This document shows, piece by piece, positions 53,103-64,000 of a DNA stretch of 64,000 nt. The notes below the pieces were generated by a model. That model did no database searches and was not told the origin of the DNA. It saw only the letters and a list, made by a program, of their open reading frames with translations. Both the position numbers and the translations under genes were made by a program. The stretch is from Phoronis australis. Taxonomy: Eukaryota > Animalia > Phoronida. The stretch's first letter is position 1, and each line of letters starts with the position of its first letter. The stretch is from assembly GCA_002633005.1 (NCBI GenBank), contig NMRA01000554.1, positions 1 to 64,000 on the forward strand, given 5' to 3'.

Positions 53103-53829
53103 TCTGTCCCCCACCTTCTCACACTCATGGTGATGCTCCTCCCCTCTGCACGCTATCTCGTTCACTTGTGTCAGCTTTTTTTATCTGTACATGTTGCCAC
53201 ACAAAAGACGCCAGGTATAGTTCTGTACATGCGGCCACTGCACAAGGAACATTGAGCTTTCCAGGGTCAATTTGTTGATTACAGACACTGCAGGTACTAT
53301 GATTGTCGGAATGAATCAATGTACACCAGGACAAAAATTGGATACCATTAAAAACAAACCTAGAAATTGGCACATACATGTAGAGGGTGACCTAAGAAAA
53401 GCCCAGACACCAAAATTTTGTTTAAAATTTAGAGTTTCATTATATTGGCAGAAGAAAAAGTTTCAACATAAACTTTATAGTCTATGTTTACTAACTTAAA
53501 AAGTATGGGTTCAATTAAAATTTTTACGTGTTCGTAATTTGGGTCACTTTTTACATATTGCACGTTTCAATATACAAACGGCGTCTTTTTGTTGAGGTAC
53601 GATGTATTTGTTTATTATCTTATTTTGTCTGCATTTGCTTAATAATCTATTTTTGTAAATAAACAAAAATAAAATAAAAACATAAAAACTACTTTGTGTT
53701 CGTTTCAATTTTAATTAAAATGACAAAAAGCAATCCAGAGACGAAGCCAGGAGAAGTATTTGGATTTTTTAATGAAAAGTAGACTTTTTGAATCTCAATA
53801 GAAAAACCAGCTCTTGTTCCAATTTGCAT

Positions 53830-54640
53830 GAGAGCGTCTACGTGAAATTTTGTAAAATTGTGCTTGGTGTAAGCACTTGTTGTTCCAATGCAGCCGCACT
53901 GTTTACAAAACATTTTATCACACGTATAAAATATCGGTTTAAGATAGTGATATCACCGTCATGCAGGTATGTCCGAGCTGTGTTTGACATGCTATATATT
54001 CCTATTAGTAACCATAAATTTTCCTATTGTTGAGCTTCCTCAATCTGATGGCTTTTGTCCAAGTATGGTTTCTAAGAATTGTGGATAAATCAATACGTAA
54101 CATGTGAGGTAACTGTTTTAACACGATTTCCCAGAGAGTGATTGACTGCTACATACAAGATTGGGAAGTTGCTATTCATGAAGACTACAAATTGTTCTGT
54201 TTTAAACCTTTCAACCTTAACTACTCTTCAAATGAATACTTTCAGTTTAATCTATACACAAAATCGAAGTTTCAATGTGCGAACCACAAATTGGAAGTGG
54301 AAATGAGGAGGCACAACAAAATATTTTACTGTAACAGAACTTGCGCTATCTGTAATATGAACTACGTTGAAGACGAACTGCACTTTTTGTTGATGTGTAA
54401 TGCTTATGTAGACCTCAGACAGCAATGTAAATTTATGAATGTAAACTTTGATAACCATTACCCTGTCCTATACTTCAACAAGCTTATGAAGACTCGTGAT
54501 GCAAACAACGTAAAGTTCGTTTAAAAATATATAGCCACAGTGCGTAGAGAAAATTTGTTTAACTCGATATTTTGTATTTAACTGTGCTTGTATATATGTT
54601 TGCTACATTGGACCTCTGGCCTCGAATTCAGTAAAGTATA
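53830..54640 (+). mobile_element. LINE 3' fragment (CR1/L2/RTEX-like) inserted downstream of paralogue C
   Basis: KFQCANHKLEVE..RH...RTCAICNMNYVEDELHFLLMCNAYVDLR CCHC region; absent at the paralogous site in A and B. Confidence 0.75.
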
Positions 54641-57600
54641 ATATGGGAAGAGACTCTTTAGTAATGACTGCATGTGACGTCCCAGGGTGCTTACCGTAAA
54701 TGTCTGAAATTAGAGGTCCGATTCACCTATATTAGAAGCTGCGCCTATATCCAGAATTTGGCGCATACGCCTTTTCGCAAACCATTTAGTAAAACCATCC
54801 CAGAAAGTCATGCTCCAGAGTCGCTTCCTATTTTGTTTTTTTAAATATTCTCAACTATGTTGCTCTTGAAATGCGGTCAAGAATATTGCCTAACCAAAAT
54901 TAAAGGGACGTCCTCGGTTTTATGGAAAACACATTTTGAGGATTATTGTCCGGTGACATAAATGTCTTGAATTTATTACCTTACCAGCTCTATAAAATGA
55001 CATAATTCGTTTTTTGCGAATTTATTGCAATCCGTCAAATACCACTGTTGTCTGCTAGAATGAAATCTAGATCAGTGTAATGACTCAAATAGGCCTGAAA
55101 CGCTATTAACAGACTAAATTGCAATATTGAAAGTGGTTCTCTTCCACTGAAAAAGAATTCAACCTGATCATCAAGTATGTTTACGGTTTGTTCTAAAAGA
55201 TTTTTAATTTCTGTTAATATCAGAGCATTTCCTTTTAGTTTCAAATTTCAAAAAACAATCTGTCAACTGCCGGCCACTTCCTCGATTTTTCTCCCACAAA
55301 ACAAAGCACACCTCCTTATCTGTTAAGGCAAGACATAGACGTAGCACACTTCCCTTGTATGGAAAATAACCTCTTTGACCTCAAGCGACCTCGAGCAACT
55401 GACTGCGAGGAAGATTAGAAATTCTGTGGTGACCACAAAGTTTTTACTTCGCGTTTGATTCAAAAATGGTGAATTTTGTTATTTTTTTCATTAAATTTCT
55501 TCACAGGGAAAGTGAACTATTCTGTGCTAGATGTTGCGAGATGGTATTTTAGCCAGGAATTATTTAAAAGATATTTTTGACGAGCCTTCGCATTCCATGC
55601 CTCTTTAAAATGTTTGTGACCCTTCACAAAACATTAGAACGTCTTTCCCAACACGACAGGTAGTCACTGAACTGGACTTAACTGTTATTACTCTGATATT
55701 CTAACTAGAAACCATACACTTTATAAATGAACAGAATCTCTTGTTTGGGAAATAAACTAAGAAATGCGTTTATTTTCAAACCAAATCGCGTAAAAATGTT
55801 TCGCACTCGAGGGCACTGCGTGTGCCTGTATCCGCAGTAAGACGTACACCTGAGGTTGAAATGTTGGACTTTAGAAAAAATAGCCAAATTTGGCAGACTT
55901 CGAAACATATCTTAGAAATGGCTTATTGGAATCATATGAGACTTTTAGGTAGTGTGTTTTATGCACTGTTCTCTAACACTCTGATAAGAATTGTTTCAAA
56001 AATTTTCACTTTTGCCTGGGGGGTTATAAAAAACAGAACTTTTTTGATTTTTTTTTGAAAAACTACAAAATCTATGAAAAACAAAAACCAAATAGTTTGT
56101 ATTATACAATTTCTGGAGAAGACAGAGATAAGTCATTTACAAAATGGAGCTTTAAATTGTTATTATATGTTTCATTGTTGGCTGCCTATTTGTAAACTAA
56201 ACTCCAATTCTAATTTTTTAATAAAATTTATTTCTCGGAACACTAGCACAGATCTATTTCTATTTGCAATATAGTTAAATTTCGAGGTTTACCTCTGAGG
56301 TGTTGCTTATATAAGTGAAATGTGCAAAGTTATGTGAGTAAGTTTTGCACTGGGTGGCTTCTACATCTGTTGCCAAATAGATCCGTAAGTACATTAGTAA
56401 CCAGATATATTGTTTCTAATACTAAAAAACAAGCGTGTAGTTCTAAAATTTCACGGAGCACGTCTTACGTGATCTCATAAGTAACAGCATGTAGTGAACT
56501 TCACGATTACGCCTGGATAAAACCATTACATGTTATTGTGTATCTATGGATGAATGAGTCAAACGTGAAAGAAATTCACCATTTTAAAGAATCACAAATA
56601 CTTTTTCATTTCGTTACCTTAATAATTTGTGAATGTGGATGTCAGCGTGACTTACGAAAACCATGAAAACATCAACCTATACATTTGACACTAAATCACA
56701 ACTGGATACTAAAACAGACTTTCAGGTTCAGTCAAACAGCGTGAGAGTAATTTTTTGCCATTACCATTTTGGCATCTACTCTTATCGCACACTATAAGAA
56801 TACAAACGAGTACAACATAAACTGCACTCAATGTCCGTTTGAATTGATCACCCTCTTAGTGAAGCTTGAAATCTCAAAGAATGAATGAGGTCAAAGGCTT
56901 GGTATCGTGCCTTGGTAGAGAAGCAACACATATAATGTTTTTTATCTTTTCCATTCTATTAGCGTTAATGTAATAGAATACAATATAACAAAAGTCTCTA
57001 AAATAAGTTTTTACTCAATACCATGAATTAGCTCAAAGTCTTGGTATCGTGTAATAGTCGATAGGTGACACGGGACTTAAAAGTTCTTGATAGAATACGA
57101 TATTTTATTGTTTCATGTTAAGATGGCCTACAGAAACATTTTGACTGTATTGTAACCTTGACGATCTTGATCATGTTTCAAATGCAAGTTAAAGAAAGAA
57201 TTATGCGAAAGTAACTTACTTACCAAGCAACGTAAGCAGATTATTTTGATATTTAATCTACGTTTCCAAGATCAGTAAATTTTGTAGAGCTAGTTTACAT
57301 AATGTATGTAAATTAAGGCCGCCATTATTCATAAATCATCTTGACATTGATATTGGCACCAATGTTCCTGTGATCAATTAATTTAATGAAATCAGTTGGT
57401 AGTTGTTGCAGGAAAAATTAGCGAAATGTATGCAAATAATGGGTGTCATTATTTAAAATTCTGTTTCTGCTCGTAACGTGCTCATGAGGCATTACATTTT
57501 GACGTTTACACCCATGTTATTTTTCGTTGTCTGAGATTGTAATGAAATCAGTTAGCAGGTCATTACATCATAACTCTTTATAATTTATGCACATATAGAT

Positions 57601-58464
57601 CGATATTATTCATGTCAGCCATAACCGGCGACGAAAGAAAGAAGGCAGACGACAGTGACGGAACAGACTCTCCAACCAACTGTTCAGGCAGGCGGTTCAG
57701 AAGTGACGATGAAAGCTTTGATAAAGACAGTCTTCCGAAAACGCGATCTGAGCTAGACTACGAGAGATTTGTGGCATTTAGATTATGCACGAGCGGTTTA
57801 AGCATTTAGACGAAATGCCAAGACCTAAACCAAGTTTATGGTGCATGGGTCGAAAGCGATGTAAAGCTAGCTGACTGGACCTCCCTGCTCCCTCCTCTTC
57901 TTCTTTTTCATCTTTTTCTTCTTCTCCTTCCTCAGGAATGAGCTCGGCAAGTTCATCGTCAACGATTGGAAGAGTGGGGTTTTTGTCAGATGGAGAGACT
58001 AATCCTGAAGTTGATTATGGCGCTTTGCGGCGCGAAAGCCGCTCTTTCGGCGTGTTGCCTAAGCCTCAGGCCCTTGCGTTCCTGTTTCTCGATCACCACT
58101 GATACAACTTACTGTCATGTTTCTTATTAGGCTTAATGTAAAGCTGTTATACTAAATATACAGCTAGCTGTATTTCGAGGATTGTCTTCATACAGATAGC
58201 TCGCTGGGTAGTTTCTTTTATGGTTATGAGCTTTTGCTTTGGGAAAGGCAAAAGTTGCCTTCGTCTCCATTGTGAGTGTTAAAAGCAGTCGAGTCCACTT
58301 CACCAAAATATGGGCTACCTCCATGGTCAGGTTGATGAGACGAGACGAATCCCAAACCAAATAGAAGCAACGTAGATCTAAAACAAAGTAAAGCGTTTGA
58401 AGCTAACGCAGTTATGATTACGCGCTTAATAGTTTGTGCAGTTGAACTCGGACATAGCTCATAT

Positions 58465-58501
58465 CAGGAAGAGATAACCAGGTCCTGGTTATCTCTTCCT
58501 G
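58465..58501. mobile_element. 37-bp perfect palindrome with 7-bp TSD (TIR-only footprint)
   Basis: CAGGAAGAGATAACCAGG-T-CCTGGTTATCTCTTCCTG flanked by CTCATAT on both sides. Confidence 0.75.
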
Positions 58502-59011
58502 CTCATATGCATAATGCCCTTACCCTTGAGTGAACTATTGCCGTTATTTCTCATTTTCCTCAAAAACTGTGAGTGAATAGAGTTCCTTGCCTGAAAATAT
58601 TGTTTGTCCTTGTAAATGAAATTTAACACACAGACAAAAAACATGAACTAGAGCGCTCATATGACTGAAAATTTTCGCAAAAAATAATTATGCTCTTCTT
58701 TTTTCCGGATTTTGTGCAAAATCAAAATTCGGGAAAAATTAGCGCATGAATGCAAAAACTGTGGATTTTTGTTATTCCAAATTTTGGGAATTCATTCCGG
58801 AAAATTCAAGCATGTAAAAAATTTTACAACATACAACTGCGCATTAGCATTCTCGACCATTTGAAGAGTGTATAAAGTCGTTGTTTCTTCCGGCGGTCTG
58901 TTCTTGGAAGCGCATTTCTCCACAGTGTATTGACACGAACACACGACATTTCCTATTTCAGCTGAGATGGAATACCTCAAACAATATGGCACATTTTCCC
59001 ATTTCAGTTAA

Positions 59012-59168
59012 CAGGGGCGGATTCATTATTTTGAGTTGGGGGGCAGAGTATCAATCAGGATTTTGCCCGTCAGACATTTGAAACCCCGAACTACTAAATG
59101 GAACGTGGGAGAACTTTAGGGGGGGCATAGCCCCCTTGCACCTTCCCCCCTTCCTTAATCCTCCACTG
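59012..59168. mobile_element. Short MITE (CAGGGGCGGATT / AATCCTCCACTG)
   Basis: Imperfect TIRs, flanked by CAGTTAA and CAGTTAT. Confidence 0.55.
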
Positions 59169-59364
59169 CAGTTATGTAGTCATAAATATTTGATATCTGT
59201 ATGGACTAGAAGTTTAAGTTTTGGATCAAACTATCCTCGACGGGAGTGAAGACCGTTGTGTTGCACCGATAGTTGTAGAATGCCACGGAAAATAAAACAC
59301 TAGGCTTGCATAACTCGACTAGTTCGTTTATTGCGTTGTTTCGTTTCAGTCGTTCTATTGATAT

Positions 59365-59405
59365 TAGTGGTGGTGGTGGTGGTAGTAGCGGTAGTAGTAG
59401 AGTAG
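59365..59405. repeat. (GGT/AGT)n microsatellite
   Basis: Directly visible trinucleotide run. Confidence 0.8.
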
Positions 59406-59866
59406 GTTATAGCTTATAGCAATTGCCTTAGAAGGATAGAGTAATGAAGAGATGCGGTGTAAACATGATGCAATACTGAGACGCTAATGCTATCTCGCGC
59501 AAAAACTTTCCTTAAATATCGCGGCACTACAACTTGTGACATTATCATTGGCTAGCGAAACGGCAATGCGCTAAAAACTACGCCATCATGAAACAACGCG
59601 AGCAATACCAAAGCATCTAACTTCACCAGCTGTGTTAATTCATTTCACAAATTTCGCTCTGAGGAAAAAGTATCATCCATCGTCAATCAAATAGGGGGAC
59701 AGAGAGAAAGTTCTAGAAAGCCTACGCACCAAATTCATCGATAGGGGATTGACAAATAAATCACCAAAGCTAAATGATAATAATTATCACCAGGGAAACA
59801 AATCCACAAACAGTAAGGATACACAAATGCCACACTGACGGACACTTGTCATTCACCACCACTTAT

Positions 59867-60534
59867 GGTGGCACTGAACAGTTAAGTTGCGTCCGCGGCC
59901 AATTTGCCAAAATATTAAATTGTAGGGGTAGGCCACGCGTGGGGGCATTTTTAGTTGGGTATTGCATGTAGGCCAAGTGAATGTGGTTTGTTTTGTATTT
60001 GTGAACAGGTTCAGAAGGAAAAAAGACCACTTGCGAGGCTGCAGCTGTACTCTTGTTCAAGATGGCGGCCCCATGTTGCAACTGTGCACTGCTGGGTAGC
60101 GACTGAGAAATTGGCCGCGATTTCAGGTAGCCCTCAAAGAAGCCAGATTTGCCAAAAAACTAGTTGGTTGACAGTACTCCTTTCTGGACCGCATTTTTGG
60201 AATTGATAGAGAATTTTCTTTCGGAAGCTAATGTTGGCTTTAGTCGAGCATTGGCAGGGAAGTGGCGGTTTTTGGGTGAAGCGTGTCGATTTTGCGTCTT
60301 TTTCTTTAGTGTCCCTATTTTTCTTACTCTAACTTGGTTTTCAGTAGGAGTGAAAGGGTAGAAATACAAGAGAGGAATAAAGTTTCTGTGCTCATCTGTA
60401 GGTCTTGTGATGTGAAATGACTCATTTTTTTTCTTTCTTTGCATGCAGTTTTTGATAGAAGTGAAGAAAAAGTGACGAGTCCATTGACGTCTGTTCTGAT
60501 AGGCAAACCCCTCCGAGAACTGTTCTGTGCCCCC
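59867..60534. mobile_element. MITE with 17-bp TIRs
   Basis: GGTGGCACTGAACAGTT versus AACTGTTCTGTGCCCCC (15/17 inverted match). Confidence 0.5.
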
Positions 60535-62157
60535 TGTACAATCATCTACGATGCCTAGGCGTCTCCATTTTGTATTAACCTCTGATTCCAAACTCGTCAA
60601 TAAACCTCCCATGTTGACAGTGCACGTAATACATTGGCTAACATAAAAATCGCCAGCAACGATACACCCGCTAGTGTAGCCAGCCAGCTTGCTGTATGAA
60701 GACTATCGTCAAAATACAGTTAGGTACCACAACAGGCGCTCGAATTTCCCGATGATTCATAACCATATATAAGAAACATAAAGGTTCGACACTAAAACTT
60801 TGACGAGCCGAGGCTCCCAACTTCAACTGTCCAAAATCCAAATAAAACCTGCGTGCACCTCCCTCAGTCTGGTATTACAAAAACACTCGAAGCCTTATTT
60901 TCCTTGGTCCCCTTAATTGTCCTCGTCAGTGGTGAACTGACGATGAAATTTCCAAAACAATCTCAAAACTCTGAATTCAGGGACCTAAAATAGTAAACAT
61001 GGCGGATTACAGTTGTGCTTCAACTTGTACGCCTGTCGTAGGTGAAACTTCCAGTTTGAGCAAGCAACCTACAATTCAAATTCAATAATTCTAATCCAAA
61101 ACTTAACAGATTGAAAATGAAAAAGTTAGTGTTTTAATGATTATTTGTAATTTTATTCCACTGACAGCTCATTTTAGCCCCGAACTTAAAATTTTATTGC
61201 ATAAACTGGCGTATCTTGTTTTTCATCTTGACATCACGCACTTTTCTTGGTTGAAGCACAACACACACTCGGCCAGGAAACGCAGTTCGTGCGAGTATTA
61301 CAATGCGCGTGGCCGACGAGTTAACTCAATGGCTTTGGCCAAAAGTGAAACCTTCATAAGAAATCACAGTACACAATATAACTTCGCATATCAATACAGT
61401 ATCAGGATAATTTATATTTGACACAAATATCTGAGTAGTTACATTCATTTGGCAATGATATTTTTAAAGTGCTCTCTGCTTCTCATGACCAAGTAGTCGA
61501 GGGATTGACGACGAAAGGCGCGCGAAAATAGACTTTCGGATTTAGCTCGGGAGTGTCTGCCAAAAACCCGGATGTGCGAAGACCGTCTCCTATGACATCA
61601 CGGAATAAGGTTCTTGAATTTGTGATTTTGGCCTTTATTCGTCATTTTTGTCGTCAAAACAGCACTCGAAGGCAATTTGAATAGATCAAGTGAAAGAATT
61701 AAGGTATTCAAATATTTGTTCGATGCAGATACTGTGGAGTTCCATGCACATTTGAGTAGAAAATTCTGAGCAAACAGATTTTGAGTGTTCAACCTTTATG
61801 TTTTCTTAGTATTGAGTGACGTCATTTGCGATCGAGGAACAGATAAACTCAAGCGCCTGTGTGGGTACCACCATAGATTGTGTTCAGCGCCGACAGACCT
61901 CGAAATTGTACACAGCCCGGATAGTTCTGCTCGCCACCTCGCCGTGAATTTTTTATCAACAAGTAGAGCTAAAGACCACCGGCCGGGTGCATGCAAAATC
62001 TGGGAGTCAGCCGATACTCACCTTGTCCGTTTCAGCCGTTTAAGAGAAAAACAACTAAATAAACGTCATTTTCTTGCCTTTTGGATCAAAGAAAATTAAG
62101 TCGACGTTCTGACAGCAGCACACTCGCGACACGCACACGCGCCATTTCCTGAAAGAG

Positions 62158-62631
62158 ATGACAACAGCTTCGCAGCAGCGAAATTTGCATTTGTATGGAG
62201 AAGTAAAAACACTCCTACGAAGTCCCTTTAGAAACGCCTGGAGGGAACACCTACGTCTGGGGACTGAAGAAGACTATATCTATCAGCTTGACCGGCAAGA
62301 ACAGGTCACTATCTTCAGGCTAAGAACTGGCCACTACCAGCTCCTCTCCCGCATGCATCGCCTGAAAATCTCTCACATAGACGAGTGCCCGTGTGGCACT
62401 GGCCCCCAGACACCTGAGCATTTACTGCAGAGCTGCCCCACATTCGATACCCTAAGGAGCCAGGCATGGCTCAGTCCGGTGGAACTCATAGTAAAACTGT
62501 GGGGCCTGACAGCATAATTGCGGTGAACCGCAGACTTTGCGCAGAAGACCAGACAGACCATCTAAGCTACATGACAGGAAACACTGAAGAAGAAGATGAT
62601 GAAGAAAAAGGAGGAGAAGAAGAAGAAGAAG
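62158..62631 (+). mobile_element. LINE 3' end (I/Ingi-like) with (GAA)n tail
   Basis: IFRLRTGH...ECPCGTGPQTPEHLLQSCP CCHC motif; GAA-rich tail at 62586-62631. Confidence 0.8.
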
Positions 62632-62649
62632 TTCTCAAATTCGGTTTGC

Positions 62650-62930
62650 TGGTTTCAAAATTCTAAAAACTTATAATGAATTGAAACCAGTTCCGATAAT
62701 TTGTTGCGACATATACGCAACCTTGTGAAAGAACAACAGTTGATTTAAGAATCGGCGAAAAAAGAAATTGGCAAATAGGTGACGCAATTTTTGACGGCGC
62801 CGAAAGCCGACGCAAAAGATCGTTACACAACTTTAGCTGCGCAATAACGGTAGAACGCCAATTTTACCAACACCGGTAAATAATTTAGTTTACTCAAGGA
62901 AGAGTGCAGTATTTAATGACACTAATTTCG
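62650..62930 (-). repeat. Fragment related to the Helitron internal sequence at 17800-18050
   Basis: GAACGCCAATTTT.CCAACAC..GGTAAATAATTTAGTTTACT.AAGGAAGAGT is shared with 17968-18020. Confidence 0.6.
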
Positions 62931-63167
62931 TGTCACATTTTACATGGTCAGTTTTTACCCACATCTGCGCAAAGCTGTATATTTAGTATAGAGCATTGCG
63001 CCAGGGTTACCGCCAGTGGTACCCCAATTGCCAGCACATTCAAAATGGAGGTTCACATTACACACCCTAGCGGCAAAAATCACAGCCATGCTAAGGAAAA
63101 ATTACGTACAAGTCATCTGGTATATTACATGCCTCATTCGATGAAGTCTCTGTCCTTACGCGTGGTA

Positions 63168-63972
63168 CCGTGAGAGGCCCTAAAGTCGTGAGTGCCCTGA
63201 AGTCGTGAACGATCTTATTTCCTCTTCTGCGCGGTCCTGCGACATCTGGCGTTGAAGTTTCCAGCGTTCGTCTGCTTACGAACGTCAAACGAATACACGG
63301 ACGTGTTTGTATTCACAATATGATAACAAACAGTGAGTGGGTGGCTTCTTTTTTCAAATGTATCTTAAAAACAGCATATTTCACTAATTCACTTTTTTGG
63401 GCATTTTTGGGATATATTTTCGAAAATATTTATCGTTCAGATTTACTCAAACACACGCTCCAAAAATAGCTTGAACAATGTATCAAAATGTCCCAGGGTT
63501 GATCAAGTTTTGTAAGGCCAAAACAATAAAATACAGAGCGATAATTTATGCTGGGTTCTTAGCGTTTTACGTGAACAACCTCATTGAAAACGTCTGTGCA
63601 CATCAAAGTTGGGTGCAAAACTTCTAACAATTTATTTCAATTGAAACTGAATTAATAAACAATGCAATGCATTTTTATGTCATCTAGAGTAACTGTACGC
63701 ACTGTAGTTGACTTGTGAGGTCTTACTTCGTGTATTTCCGTCTAACCGAAACGGTCACGACTTTAGGGCCTCATTCAAAATGGCCGCCGATATCAGCGAC
63801 CGTTTCAAAACTCTGCTTACGGAGACAAACAAGGATTAAGATTGTAAAAACACGTATATTTGTGAAGGCTGACATATGTCCATGACATCACATGAGCAGT
63901 TGCTAACGGACATTGGGTAGTATGACAATCGGCACTTATTATGCTTATATTCACGACTTCAGGTCACCGGTG
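63168..63972. mobile_element. MITE with repeated subterminal inverted motifs, TA-flanked
   Basis: GAGGCCCTAAAGTCGTGA and CCTGAAGTCGTGAA at left; TCACGACTTTAGGGCCTC (~63755) and TTCACGACTTCAGG (~63950) at right. Confidence 0.55.
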
Positions 63973-64000
63973 TATATACAGGCGAGGCCGGGGTAAAGTT

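Noticed and set aside
60160-60612. 150-aa minus-strand ORF sharing GGTEQ with an opposite-strand ORF
   Set aside because: The shared peptide is just the MITE terminal inverted repeat; no protein features.

Overview
Repeat-rich, AT-rich animal genomic DNA with spliceosomal genes; the repeat families suggest a marine invertebrate such as a mollusc (inference). The ORF track misses the main coding content, a head-to-tail cluster of three intact 7-exon paralogues on + (ATG at 21150, 40132, 49079). Spliced by hand, they encode 291-292 aa helical proteins with a weak resemblance to FAM92/CIBAR-type BAR domains. A partial fourth copy lies in a probable haplotype/assembly duplication. Mobile DNA includes several DINE-1/HINE-type Helentron elements whose internal ~150-bp repeats each carry a co-oriented CTCF-like motif, and a 2.4-kb LTR element retaining only a protease ORF. 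There is also a Penelope-like element with a 5' fold-back, a nested Helitron and a degenerate hammerhead, an RNase H-containing LINE with a 13-bp TSD, other LINE fragments, MITEs, and two tiny CA..TG footprints with 7-bp TSDs. A decayed minus-strand paralogue family is scattered over 1-14.3 kb. All calls were made by eye; no searches were run.
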